From Methylophaga frappieri (lineage in GTDB: Bacteria > Pseudomonadota > Gammaproteobacteria > Nitrosococcales > Methylophagaceae): 32,000 nt of DNA. The notes below the pieces were generated by a model. It saw nothing but the letters and a program-made list of their open reading frames with translations. It was not told where the DNA came from and made no database searches. The stretch spans positions 240,001-272,000 of the forward strand of contig NC_017856.1 of the NCBI RefSeq assembly GCF_000260965.1, written 5' to 3'. The translations under genes were made by a program, and so were the position numbers. Below, one piece after another: positions 10,497 through 18,885 of the stretch (position 1 is its first letter; each line of letters opens with the position of its first letter).

Positions 10497-11051
10497 TTAC
10501 ATTTCTTTTTCCATGCCAATTTCATAAAGCTCAAGGTTGGCTTCCTCTATTTCACCTGTAATAGCATCGACATCGACTTTGTATTCACGGCCGTGAACAT
10601 TAACGATGTCATATTCATAGGTGACCTCACCTTCCATGCCAACCTCATATTCCATTGCAACAACATCGCCAGGGACAAAATCTGTCGCAATTTGTCGTGC
10701 TTCTGACTCAGAAATCTTCGCATACTTTTTAAATATGGCATCATCTGCACCAGCTTCACGCTCAACTTCGGTTACAAAGCCCTCTTCAGCATTACACTCA
10801 ACATTATAAGTTTGACCATCAGCACTTGCCTCAATGTCAAATTCATAGGTTGGGTCATCACCTTCCATTTTCATTTCAAGTTTCCGCGCATTACCAGGAA
10901 TGGTATCTAAGGCGGCATCGAGACAGGTTTCCATCTTTACGATATCCCATGCTCGAATATCATCAAGATCAAAATTATCGCTATCTGCAATCGCATTTCC
11001 GGTAAATCCAATTACCGCAATGAGTGGCAGGAGTTTCATTGATTTGTTCAT
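10497..11051 (-). CDS. exported PepSY-domain protein (two PepSY-like modules)
   Basis: Signal peptide MNKSMKLLPLIAVIGFTGNAIA/DS. There are two acidic modules of the PepSY pattern, for example ISESEARQIATDFVPGDVVAMEYEVGMEGEVTYEYDIVNVHGREYKVDVDAITGEI. Confidence 0.65.
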   Translation of the reverse strand: MNKSMKLLPLIAVIGFTGNAIADSDNFDLDDIRAWDIVKMETCLDAALDTIPGNARKLEMKMEGDDPTYEFDIEASADGQTYNVECNAEEGFVTEVEREAGADDAIFKKYAKISESEARQIATDFVPGDVVAMEYEVGMEGEVTYEYDIVNVHGREYKVDVDAITGEIEEANLELYEIGMEKEM

Positions 11052-11157
11052 GATTATGCTCCAATGTGACGGTTTAAAAATACATTCTCCACCCGCAAGA
11101 GCAATGAAAATTATTATTATCTGGTAGGGAATTTTTCCTATACCGATTTTGATTATA

Positions 11158-11190
11158 ACTAAAACCCGATATTTTTCAAAAAATATCGGG
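11158..11190 (-). terminator. Rho-independent terminator downstream of hsp20
   Basis: The minus strand reads CCCGATATTTT-(loop)-AAAATATCGGG followed by TTTTAGTT. It starts 10 nt after the hsp20 stop. Confidence 0.7.
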
Positions 11191-11199
11191 CTAGTTGAT

Positions 11200-11625
11200 T
11201 TACGCGGCTTTAATGTCGATTTTTCGACCTTGTGTTCTGACCGACTTTGGAAGAGAGACTCTCAATACGCCATCTTGGTAGTTTGCCGTAATGCCATCGA
11301 CATCAATATTGTCTGGCAAAGTAAATCGGCGAAGAAATTTCCCATTAACTCGCTCATTGCGTTGAAAAGCGATTGTTTCATCTTGTGCAAAGCCAGTGCG
11401 TTGACCATCAATGGATAACACCCCGTTATCGGCTGTAATCTCAATTTCTGTCAAGTTAACACCAGGCACATCTACATAAACCGTAAAACCTGCTTCTGAT
11501 TCAACGATATCAACCGCGGGTGACCATTGTGTCTCGTTTTTACTCACCGACGCGCCAATCACTGAGGACATGTCTCGTTGTAACTGATCTAGTAAACCAA
11601 TAGGTCGATAAAACTTCGTCGCCAT
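11200..11625 (-). CDS. Hsp20/alpha-crystallin family small heat-shock protein
   Basis: The alpha-crystallin core reads WSPAVDIVESEAGFTVYVDVPGV...FLRRFTLPDNIDVDGITANYQDGVLRVSLPK. I prefer the ATG at 11625 (MATKFYRP...) over the GTG at 11637 because a perfect GGAGG lies 5 nt upstream. Confidence 0.85.
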   Translation of the reverse strand: MATKFYRPIGLLDQLQRDMSSVIGASVSKNETQWSPAVDIVESEAGFTVYVDVPGVNLTEIEITADNGVLSIDGQRTGFAQDETIAFQRNERVNGKFLRRFTLPDNIDVDGITANYQDGVLRVSLPKSVRTQGRKIDIKAA

Positions 11626-11678
11626 CACAACCTCCACAATCTAATTCATTTTGAAAACAAGGCTTTGTTCAAGTAATT

Positions 11679-11706
11679 AGATGTGGTCAGCAACGATCAT
11701 TTCAAG
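11679..11706 (-). promoter_or_regulatory. sigma-32 (RpoH) heat-shock promoter for hsp20
   Basis: The minus strand reads CTTGAAA-13 nt-CCACATCT, against the consensus CTTGAAA-N13-15-CCCCATNT. It sits about 50 nt upstream of the hsp20 start. Confidence 0.55.
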
Positions 11707-11754
11707 ATAAAGCGCGTTGATTAGTTGAAAATAATGGCCTGACCGTGTTGACAA

Positions 11755-12426
11755 TTACGGTTTTATAATTCCAAGTGCTACAGCGATATTTGCCAGATCG
11801 GCCGTCGTATTTGCATTTAGTTTATTTTTGATAGTGGTGTTGTAATTGGCCACCGTTTTGTAACCAAGGTGTAATTCGGCAGCGACCTCATGCGCCGTCA
11901 AGCCTTTTGCTGTTCGACAAAAAACATCAAACTCTCGCGGCGAAAGTAATTCAACTACCTCACCATAATGCAAGGTTGCCGCGGGTTGTTTAAAATCATC
12001 AAGTCCGGGAAGTATTTCAGGGTCGATATAACGCTGACCTTGCATAACTTTTGATACTGCTTCCGCTAAAACTTCAGCGGCGCTATTTTTCGTCACATAT
12101 CCTTTTGCACCGGCTTGCATAGCACGTTCAACATAGACAGACTCGTCATGAATACTGTAAACGAGAATAATTGCCGCGGGATCTTGACGCTTTAATCGTC
12201 GAATCGTTTCCAAGCCGCCAATCCCTGGCATAGATAAGTCCATCACAACCACATCAGGGTGACTTCGTTCATACTCATGACAAACGAGCTCTCCCCGATC
12301 CACGTCGGTAATCTGACCGATAAAGGCTTGTGATGATAGCAACATACGGAAGCCCGCTCTAACGACGGCATGGTCATCTACCAATAAAACATCAATTTTC
12401 TTATCGTTCATCCTGCTGTTTCTCAT
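11755..12426 (-). CDS. NarL/FixJ(LuxR)-family response regulator
   Basis: REC domain (VLLVDDHAVVRAG..., VVVMDLSMPGIGG) plus a LuxR-type HTH (LSPREFDVFCRTAKGLTAHEVAAELHLGYKTVANYNTTIKNKL). An alternative start at 12411 (MNDKKID) is possible. Either start overlaps the kinase stop at 12401-12403. Confidence 0.85.
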   Translation of the reverse strand: MRNSRMNDKKIDVLLVDDHAVVRAGFRMLLSSQAFIGQITDVDRGELVCHEYERSHPDVVVMDLSMPGIGGLETIRRLKRQDPAAIILVYSIHDESVYVERAMQAGAKGYVTKNSAAEVLAEAVSKVMQGQRYIDPEILPGLDDFKQPAATLHYGEVVELLSPREFDVFCRTAKGLTAHEVAAELHLGYKTVANYNTTIKNKLNANTTADLANIAVALGIIKP

Positions 12427-13744
12427 CTATCGGCATCCACGCCTGAACACTTGCTCCCTGATTAGGGACAGATTCAAACCGGAAACGTCCCCCCATATTT
12501 TCAACGCGTTCACGCATAGCCAAGATACCAAAACCCGGTTGCTTTTCATCAATACTTTTGCCTTGGCCATCGTCTTTAATTCGCATTACGACTCGCGGGG
12601 TGCTTGTCTCACCTTCTTTAATAACTTGAATCCAGATATGCGTTGCATTTGCGTGACGTACCACATTGGTCAGCGACTCCTGCACAATACGGTACACATG
12701 AATTGCCAATTCATGTGGTATAGCATCAAGCCGATGGTCATACTGTAAATTAATTTTAAGTGCTGGATAACGGCGTCTAGATTCGTTCACCATATCAGAC
12801 AACGTTGCACCCAGCCCCAAATCGGTCAGACTGAGCGGATGCAATGTCCGCATCATTGATCTCACGACCCCTGATAAATGCGTACAAATTTCTATCATCG
12901 AGTCAGAAATTTGCACATGATTTGCGGTCTCTTTGCGATTGGTCACCGCCATCGCCTTAATTGCTGTTAACGACTGCCCCATTTCATCATGTAACTCCCG
13001 AGAAAGGTTACGACGCTCATTTTCTTGAATATGCATCGTATGTCTTGCTAGTGCTTGGTTACTATCTCTTGCCGCTTGCAATGCGTCAGTCAAATTGTTG
13101 ATTTCACTGGCAATAACATCAAACTCACTAATTTGAAAATTGGGCAGTTTTTTGCCATATTGGCCTGACTCTACCCGACGAAGCCCTATCACAATGCTAT
13201 GAACAGTCCGTAGCATTGAATTAAAAACCACATTAATCGCCAGAAAAATAACGCCCATCATCGCCACAACAGACCAAAAATAAGATTGAGACTCACCCCA
13301 CGCCTCTTCAATCTCATCAATTGGATCAGCGCGAATAATCATCTTTTTATTTCGCCCATCAGCAAGTTGAATATTGTATTCAGCTTGCGGATAATCATTA
13401 ATAACCAAGTTAACGAACCAGTCCGGTGGTATCTTTTGGCTATCACGCAATACGTCTTCTTGAAACCATTCAACCTCTTCGCCCATATCATTAACAATCG
13501 AAATATTGATATGGCGAATCTTTTGAATTGTACTTACTTGCCGAAGCCAATCGAACTCGGATAAAGACGACCGCGATAAATGACTGAAGCCCAAATCAAT
13601 CATTTGCAAAGCGAGATTAAATGAAGAGTCCACTTCACGTTCAACGGCTTTTCTGGCTTGCCAAACTGTCAGCAGACCACCGACAATAATAATCAATAAA
13701 ACCGTAATAATAATGCGGACATTAATTAGACCACGAAGACTCAT
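12401..13744 (-). CDS. NarX/UhpB-type (HisKA_3) sensor histidine kinase with periplasmic loop and HAMP domain
   Basis: Two TM segments (IIITVLLIIIVGGLLTVW and YFWSVVAMMGVIFLAINVVF) flank a loop of ~130 aa. H-box LSRELHDEMGQSL. ATPase G-boxes DDGQG...GFGILAMRERV. It starts 22 nt after the barrel gene stop. Confidence 0.85.
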   Translation of the reverse strand: MSLRGLINVRIIITVLLIIIVGGLLTVWQARKAVEREVDSSFNLALQMIDLGFSHLSRSSLSEFDWLRQVSTIQKIRHINISIVNDMGEEVEWFQEDVLRDSQKIPPDWFVNLVINDYPQAEYNIQLADGRNKKMIIRADPIDEIEEAWGESQSYFWSVVAMMGVIFLAINVVFNSMLRTVHSIVIGLRRVESGQYGKKLPNFQISEFDVIASEINNLTDALQAARDSNQALARHTMHIQENERRNLSRELHDEMGQSLTAIKAMAVTNRKETANHVQISDSMIEICTHLSGVVRSMMRTLHPLSLTDLGLGATLSDMVNESRRRYPALKINLQYDHRLDAIPHELAIHVYRIVQESLTNVVRHANATHIWIQVIKEGETSTPRVVMRIKDDGQGKSIDEKQPGFGILAMRERVENMGGRFRFESVPNQGASVQAWMPIDEKQQDER

Positions 13745-13766
13745 TAGATGATGGCTTACCTAGTGT

Positions 13767-14897
13767 TTAAAACACATAGTTTAACCCGAGACTTACCCCA
13801 TAGCTGTCCCATTCGACTTCGTTAAATTTAGTCGTTAATTCCGTTCCATCGACCAAATAGGTCGTGTCTTTACCTCGACGATCCGCTAACCACTTTTGAA
13901 ACTGCAGATCCAAAGTCAACGCCAAGTCAGGCGTAAAATGCCACTGACTACGTAACTCGGTTACCCAGCCATAGCCATCGGCTTCGTGCTCAAAACTCTC
14001 TGGCTGGGCAAAATCGGAGCGCAAGTTCCATTCAGCCGTCGCATCATAATCAATATAGTGGTATTCAACATTGAGTCCTAAACTAAACTTACCCGTTTGA
14101 AAAAACACGCTTTCAAGCCCAACCCACGGCCCAAACCAGCTTGTGTCGTAACTGGATCTGAGTCCTGGGAATCGAATCGAAACGGGTTCAGAGTTTAGGA
14201 TGGTTTGGCGGCCATCAACTATTTTTAAATCTTGGGAGTGATAGGCGACACCCAACTTTGGCCTGAGCTCGAAACCTGCAGTACCCGCCTCATTAAATAA
14301 CCATTGATAACGGTAACCAAACCCCACTGAAAAATCCAACACGTTGCCTTCATCCGCACCATTATTTGAGCGCGAAAATTCTTCACGTCGATTATTTTCA
14401 AAATAATCTGAATCTTGATTTTCCCCATTTACGATTTCGCCCCAAACCGCATCACCAGTTACGAACCAGTTATTGCGCATCTGCAACGTCGCCCCTAAAT
14501 TCAACGTAGCAATTTCAATGTCTTTCCAGGTTAGCTCTGACAGTATATTTGGTCTCCCGCCTGGCCCAGCAATACTCCATACCAGATCATCTCGCCGATA
14601 CCCGGCCTTGAAATAAACATCCGCTTTGTCATAGGCAAAAATCGGCTTTTTCTCCGGCCGACGATCATACACATGGACTTTGAGCGTCTCCGGTTGTTTG
14701 GCTTGACCCACCGGTAAGTCTGGAATCACTTTTGCCGGAATTTGCGCATTGTGATCAGGATTTGCAATAGGTGCAGGTGACGTCGTCGACTCCGCTTCAA
14801 ATACATGCATCACTAAGCTGGGGGCAGCCTGAATAGTCGTTGAGGACAAAAACGTAACGCAAAACGATGTCACCCCTAAAAATAATCTAGCGCGCAT
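13767..14897 (-). CDS. outer-membrane beta-barrel protein, omptin-like by eye
   Basis: Signal peptide ...SSTTIQA/AP. Alternating beta-strand pattern with the C-terminal OMP signature GLNYVF. By-eye collinearity with OmpT: SELTWK vs SQLDWK, GDAVWGEIVNGENQDSDY vs AAGWTTLGSRGGNMVDQDW, and LRPKLGVAYHS vs YRLGLMAGYQES. The start overlaps the secretin stop by 11 nt. Confidence 0.6.
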   Translation of the reverse strand: MRARLFLGVTSFCVTFLSSTTIQAAPSLVMHVFEAESTTSPAPIANPDHNAQIPAKVIPDLPVGQAKQPETLKVHVYDRRPEKKPIFAYDKADVYFKAGYRRDDLVWSIAGPGGRPNILSELTWKDIEIATLNLGATLQMRNNWFVTGDAVWGEIVNGENQDSDYFENNRREEFSRSNNGADEGNVLDFSVGFGYRYQWLFNEAGTAGFELRPKLGVAYHSQDLKIVDGRQTILNSEPVSIRFPGLRSSYDTSWFGPWVGLESVFFQTGKFSLGLNVEYHYIDYDATAEWNLRSDFAQPESFEHEADGYGWVTELRSQWHFTPDLALTLDLQFQKWLADRRGKDTTYLVDGTELTTKFNEVEWDSYGVSLGLNYVF

Positions 14898-17220
14898 TGC
14901 CCATCACCTCTTCAAAGGGTAAGGCTGAAATAAGATACATAAAGCTGGTATCGCCCTGCTGTCCTCTTGCCGCTAACACCGTATTCTCAACGGAAGAGGC
15001 TAACCAGCGTCCATTAATATCTTGATAATTCACAGCCTGTTCAGTGCTCGTGCTATTGAGTATCTGTAAGCCGGTCACATACATTCCGCCACGATTCCAT
15101 GAACCTAACGGTTTCGCCACAACACGATCATCGGCAAAAATATCACGCCGCATTGCGCGATCCACAGGCACAGGTTGATAAAGCGGATCCGTCACGCGTT
15201 CAAAGTCATTCGTTCGCATCATCTCGGCAGCATACTGACTCATCTCCATATAAACCGATTGTCGACTTGCTTCCGTGCGTTGTGCAGGACTCACTTGTGA
15301 TTGAGGCGACGTTACCTCTTCATCTTTATCGATAAAGCGATTAGGGAACTCGGCTGGATCCGGATATCCCTGATTATGCGATTTGTAAAACAGATTTTCT
15401 CCATCACGACGAATCGACTCACTTTCACCTGGCGTATTCATAATACGCGGGGTAATCAATAACACCGTCTCGGTCTCTTGTTCACCATCAATTGTTGAGG
15501 TAAATATTCGGCCAACGAGAGGAATTTCACTCAGCAGCGGCACTTTTCGCTCATTACGATTTTCACTGGTTCGAATCAACCCACCCACCGCAACGGTCAA
15601 ATTATTTTTGGCCATAACCGTACCGGTCAAGCGCGCTGTATCAACTGTATCGACCTGAAGGTTCGTAATACCATTTACGGTATCTCCAACAGGTATCGTT
15701 CCGCCTCCCACGTTTACAGTAGAATTTTCCTGTTCAATATACAGCTCCACTGTACCGTCGTTATTTATTCGGGGACTGATACGTAGTGTAATACCGATAT
15801 CTTCACGGGTAATCTGAGCCTCAACAAAGGCTTGTTGCAACACAATACCGTTATCAATCACAGCAGGAAAAAACTCAAATCCTTCTGTAAGTAAAGTTTC
15901 TTCACCGATAAAGAGCTCGGCAGGACGATGATTGGATGCCACCACCATAGGATTAGAAAGCACTTTGATCCGGTTCTGCTCTTCGAGAAATTGAATATTG
16001 GCTCGTAATCGATTATTCAAAAACTCGTAAACAAAAGTCCCTGAATTTAATAATGCATTGTTTCCCAGCAATACCGGTTGCTGAGATTGATTGCTTCCAC
16101 TTGGCTGGAGGGCAAAGTTGAAAATTGAGTTGATATCCTCACCCAAGATGACGTTTAAGATACGCATTTCCAGCATCACCTGAGGCACTGGTATATCCAT
16201 TTTATCAATCATCTTCTGAATGCCAGACAATACCGACTTATCATCCGTCCGGACAATGATCATATTGTGTTCATTATTGACCGTGACATAAATCGGTTGA
16301 GATTGAACAGTGGTTTGCTGCAGGGTTTCCTGACTGACATTTCGGCTGCCAGTCAATTCAATCGCTTCGGCTATTTGCGAAATCTGATCAACACTCAATT
16401 CTTCAGCATCAAGCTGCGTGCCCGACTCAATAAAATTATTTCGGCCAAAACCACTACGGCTACTGCCAATACTGCCAAACCCACGACGTGATGATGTGCT
16501 ATTTCTGACCGAGCGGTTATTTCCTCGAACTGAACCAAATCCGCTGCTACTGTTTCCAAAGCCACTACTGTTTCCAAAGCCACTACTGTTACCAAAGCCA
16601 GTATTCCCAAAGTTATTAGAAGCCGGTGGTAAGCCCAGAGATAAGATTACTCTTGGGCCATAAATGTCTTCGATCGCCTGAGCAAGGATCTGCACATTCG
16701 CATTCAATAGCCGAAATATTTCTATATTTTCGCTTTCGCGGATAATCAGGTCTTTGCTGTATTCTTCGCGCGTCATTAACCTAAAAGTATTCGTGTCATC
16801 ATCATAGCGATACCATAAATCGCTGATTCGACTGATCGATTTCACGGCATCTAAGATCGAGGTATTTTTTAGATGGATGGTCACCTCACGGTTCGCCGCT
16901 TCACGCGTGGCAATAATATTGTGATCACTTAATTCCGATAACGCACGCACCACGTCGCTCATATTGGACCCGTTAAACTCAATCTCCTCAATCATCGTGG
17001 TGTTATCAACGTCCGGTCCTTCCTCCTGTACCGGAATCAATGTTGGCGCACGATTACCTGGCACGACAGGCTGTTGCGCGGATAGCGTCGTCGTATTTTG
17101 GGGATTAGCAATTGCCGGTCCTTGCTCACCAGACACAACGCCGCCTCCCCAAACTGGTAACACCACCATCCCGAATAAACTGGCATGGATCACACTGGAC
17201 AATAACTTCATATTCATCAT
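14887..17220 (-). CDS. secretin (GspD/PilQ/MshL superfamily) with FG/GS-rich linker and long C-terminal extension
   Basis: 777 aa with a signal peptide and N0/N1-like domains (IEFNGSNMSDVVRALSELSDHNIIA...). The secretin core signature is NNLTVAVGGLIRTSENRNERKVPLLSEIPLVGRIFTS...VLLITPRIM. ATGA overlap with the upstream gene at 17217-17220. Confidence 0.85.
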   Translation of the reverse strand: MMNMKLLSSVIHASLFGMVVLPVWGGGVVSGEQGPAIANPQNTTTLSAQQPVVPGNRAPTLIPVQEEGPDVDNTTMIEEIEFNGSNMSDVVRALSELSDHNIIATREAANREVTIHLKNTSILDAVKSISRISDLWYRYDDDTNTFRLMTREEYSKDLIIRESENIEIFRLLNANVQILAQAIEDIYGPRVILSLGLPPASNNFGNTGFGNSSGFGNSSGFGNSSSGFGSVRGNNRSVRNSTSSRRGFGSIGSSRSGFGRNNFIESGTQLDAEELSVDQISQIAEAIELTGSRNVSQETLQQTTVQSQPIYVTVNNEHNMIIVRTDDKSVLSGIQKMIDKMDIPVPQVMLEMRILNVILGEDINSIFNFALQPSGSNQSQQPVLLGNNALLNSGTFVYEFLNNRLRANIQFLEEQNRIKVLSNPMVVASNHRPAELFIGEETLLTEGFEFFPAVIDNGIVLQQAFVEAQITREDIGITLRISPRINNDGTVELYIEQENSTVNVGGGTIPVGDTVNGITNLQVDTVDTARLTGTVMAKNNLTVAVGGLIRTSENRNERKVPLLSEIPLVGRIFTSTIDGEQETETVLLITPRIMNTPGESESIRRDGENLFYKSHNQGYPDPAEFPNRFIDKDEEVTSPQSQVSPAQRTEASRQSVYMEMSQYAAEMMRTNDFERVTDPLYQPVPVDRAMRRDIFADDRVVAKPLGSWNRGGMYVTGLQILNSTSTEQAVNYQDINGRWLASSVENTVLAARGQQGDTSFMYLISALPFEEVMGNAR
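16534..16612 (-). repeat. in-frame 18-nt tandem repeat encoding (GFGNSS)n inside the secretin gene
   Basis: The plus strand shows CCAAAGCCACTACTGTTT / CCAAAGCCACTACTGTTA / CCAAAGCCAGTATTCCCA, preceded by the degenerate copy CCAAATCCGCTGCTACTGTTT. This translates on the minus strand to NTGFGNSSGFGNSSGFGNSSSGFG. Confidence 0.8.
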
Positions 17221-17660
17221 CTTAAAACGCGAATCCGGCCTAATGTACCGGTTTCAATGGTTATACTCAGACGGCTGATTTCCGAGATTCGAATTGCGCT
17301 GGCTGGTTGACGTGGGTCAATATTAATTTCGTCTCCTTCCCGCACCATGAAAACACCACTACCGGCGATATCCAATAAAGCCAGTTCTTCGCCAGTTTCC
17401 TTTTCCGTAATTAATCCACGCAAGCGCATTCGTGGTATTTGAAAATCAGGAATATCTCCGGGACGAAAACCAAAAGCATCACTGCCAATATTCGATAGGG
17501 TCCCGGCCTGTTCATACATCAACGCACTTGGCGTAAACGGATCACGAATCGTCACTTCCGATGATTCGCCAAGACTCACTGGCTCAAAAGCCATTGCTGA
17601 GAGTGGCATCCAAACGGAACAAAGCCCTATTAAAATCGGAATGTTAGGTTTGCTGTACAT
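17217..17660 (-). CDS. periplasmic PilP / GspC-HR / MshK-like secretin-coupling protein (putative)
   Basis: 147 aa with signal peptide ...PLSAMA/FEP. The C-terminal beta-rich segment LRGLITEKETGEELALLDIAGSGVFMVREGDEINID resembles PilP/GspC HR domains. It sits between the platform and secretin genes, abutting the platform stop (TAAATG) and overlapping the secretin start. Confidence 0.45.
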   Translation of the reverse strand: MYSKPNIPILIGLCSVWMPLSAMAFEPVSLGESSEVTIRDPFTPSALMYEQAGTLSNIGSDAFGFRPGDIPDFQIPRMRLRGLITEKETGEELALLDIAGSGVFMVREGDEINIDPRQPASAIRISEISRLSITIETGTLGRIRVLR

Positions 17661-18884
17661 TTATCTTCCTCCGCCAGCCAGAGCGAATAAAGCCTGAAAA
17701 AAGGCGTAATAGACAAAACCCACCATGCCGCCAATCAGTAATATCATTGCCGGCTCAATCATTGCTGAAAGGCGTTTTATCGCGATCTCCAACAGACTTT
17801 GATAATAAACACCCAGCTCCTGCAAAATCTGATCTAGTGAGCCTGTTCGCTCACCGATGGCAATCATTTGTGTCACAAGGGGAGGCATTTTTCGATGTTC
17901 TATACTTGAAGCCAGATCCCGACCGGCAAATACCCGATCCGATGCAGAGCGCATCGTATCGGCATATATTTTGTTAGCGATCAAGTCTGAGGTAATTTTC
18001 AACCCCTCAAAAATCGTCACACCACTGCGTAACAAAATGGACATCGCCCAATTCATCTGGGCCATGGAGCCATAAACAATCATCGGCCCAAATACCGGAA
18101 AACTCAGTAAAATCCGGTCTATCAGGCGTCTGCCTTTGTAAGTTTTGTAAATAATAAAAAGTAAAATTGTGGTGACAATCGCCGTGCCGATTATAAATAA
18201 TCCGTTTTCTCTCAAATAGGCAGCACCATCAATTAAACTTTGCGTCGACGCCGGTAAAGGCCGGTTTTGTCGTTCAAGAAACGTGGCAAATTTCGGAATT
18301 ATCGCGACCACCATAAAAGTCGCCACCCCGATGGCTGCAATCACAACGACAACCGGGTAAATCATGGCATTGATCATTTGTTTTCGAAGCTGGGATTTTT
18401 TTTCTAAATGAATCGCCAACCGCTCCATGATGACATCCAGCTCCCCGGTATTTTCACCTGCCACCACCAGATTGATAGCGATATCACTAAACACATCATT
18501 ATGTTTTTTTAGTGCAACCGATAATGATTTTCCGGCCTGAATATCACGATGCATCTTCCGAATAGCAAGATTAAGCCGCGGACTCGTAATTTGATTTGAT
18601 GCCAGCTCTAAGCATTCCGCCACAGCTAACCCCGCGCGGAGCATAAACGCCATCTGCCGATAAAAGAAAATCAGGGAATCATTAGAAACAGAGCGTTGTG
18701 TTGCATACCAGTCTGCAAAGGTATCTTGCCCTAAAAATCCACGACGTTTTTTCTCGTTAATTTTTAAAACGCGCAGCCCTTCGGTTCGCAGTGCTTGCGC
18801 AGCTGCATTCAAGTTATCCGCATGCAACTGCCCAGCACGTTCTGTACCTGTTCGGGTGAGTGCTTGATAAGCAAATACCGGCAT
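17661..18884 (-). CDS. type II secretion / type IV pilus inner-membrane platform protein (GspF/PilC/MshG family)
   Basis: 407 aa with a duplicated T2SSF-type architecture: two cytoplasmic helical domains, each followed by TM segments. The conserved GERTGSLDQIL (GExxGxL) motif is present. It follows the ATPase gene after a 1-nt gap. Confidence 0.9.
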   Translation of the reverse strand: MPVFAYQALTRTGTERAGQLHADNLNAAAQALRTEGLRVLKINEKKRRGFLGQDTFADWYATQRSVSNDSLIFFYRQMAFMLRAGLAVAECLELASNQITSPRLNLAIRKMHRDIQAGKSLSVALKKHNDVFSDIAINLVVAGENTGELDVIMERLAIHLEKKSQLRKQMINAMIYPVVVVIAAIGVATFMVVAIIPKFATFLERQNRPLPASTQSLIDGAAYLRENGLFIIGTAIVTTILLFIIYKTYKGRRLIDRILLSFPVFGPMIVYGSMAQMNWAMSILLRSGVTIFEGLKITSDLIANKIYADTMRSASDRVFAGRDLASSIEHRKMPPLVTQMIAIGERTGSLDQILQELGVYYQSLLEIAIKRLSAMIEPAMILLIGGMVGFVYYAFFQALFALAGGGR

Positions 18885-18885
18885 A

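Noticed and set aside
16395-16663. Track ORFs 16395-16610 (-) and 16418-16663 (+) with repetitive VVALETV / PKPLLLF-type translations
   Set aside because: They are alternative-frame or antisense readings of the 18-nt tandem repeat inside the secretin gene. The secretin frame carries the conserved domains on both sides.
17580-17660. Lipoprotein signal (lipobox) in the PilP-like protein
   Set aside because: The only Cys is in ILIGLCS, which has Leu at the -1 position, so it is not a canonical L-[AS]-[GA]-C lipobox. An AMA/F signal peptidase I site fits better.
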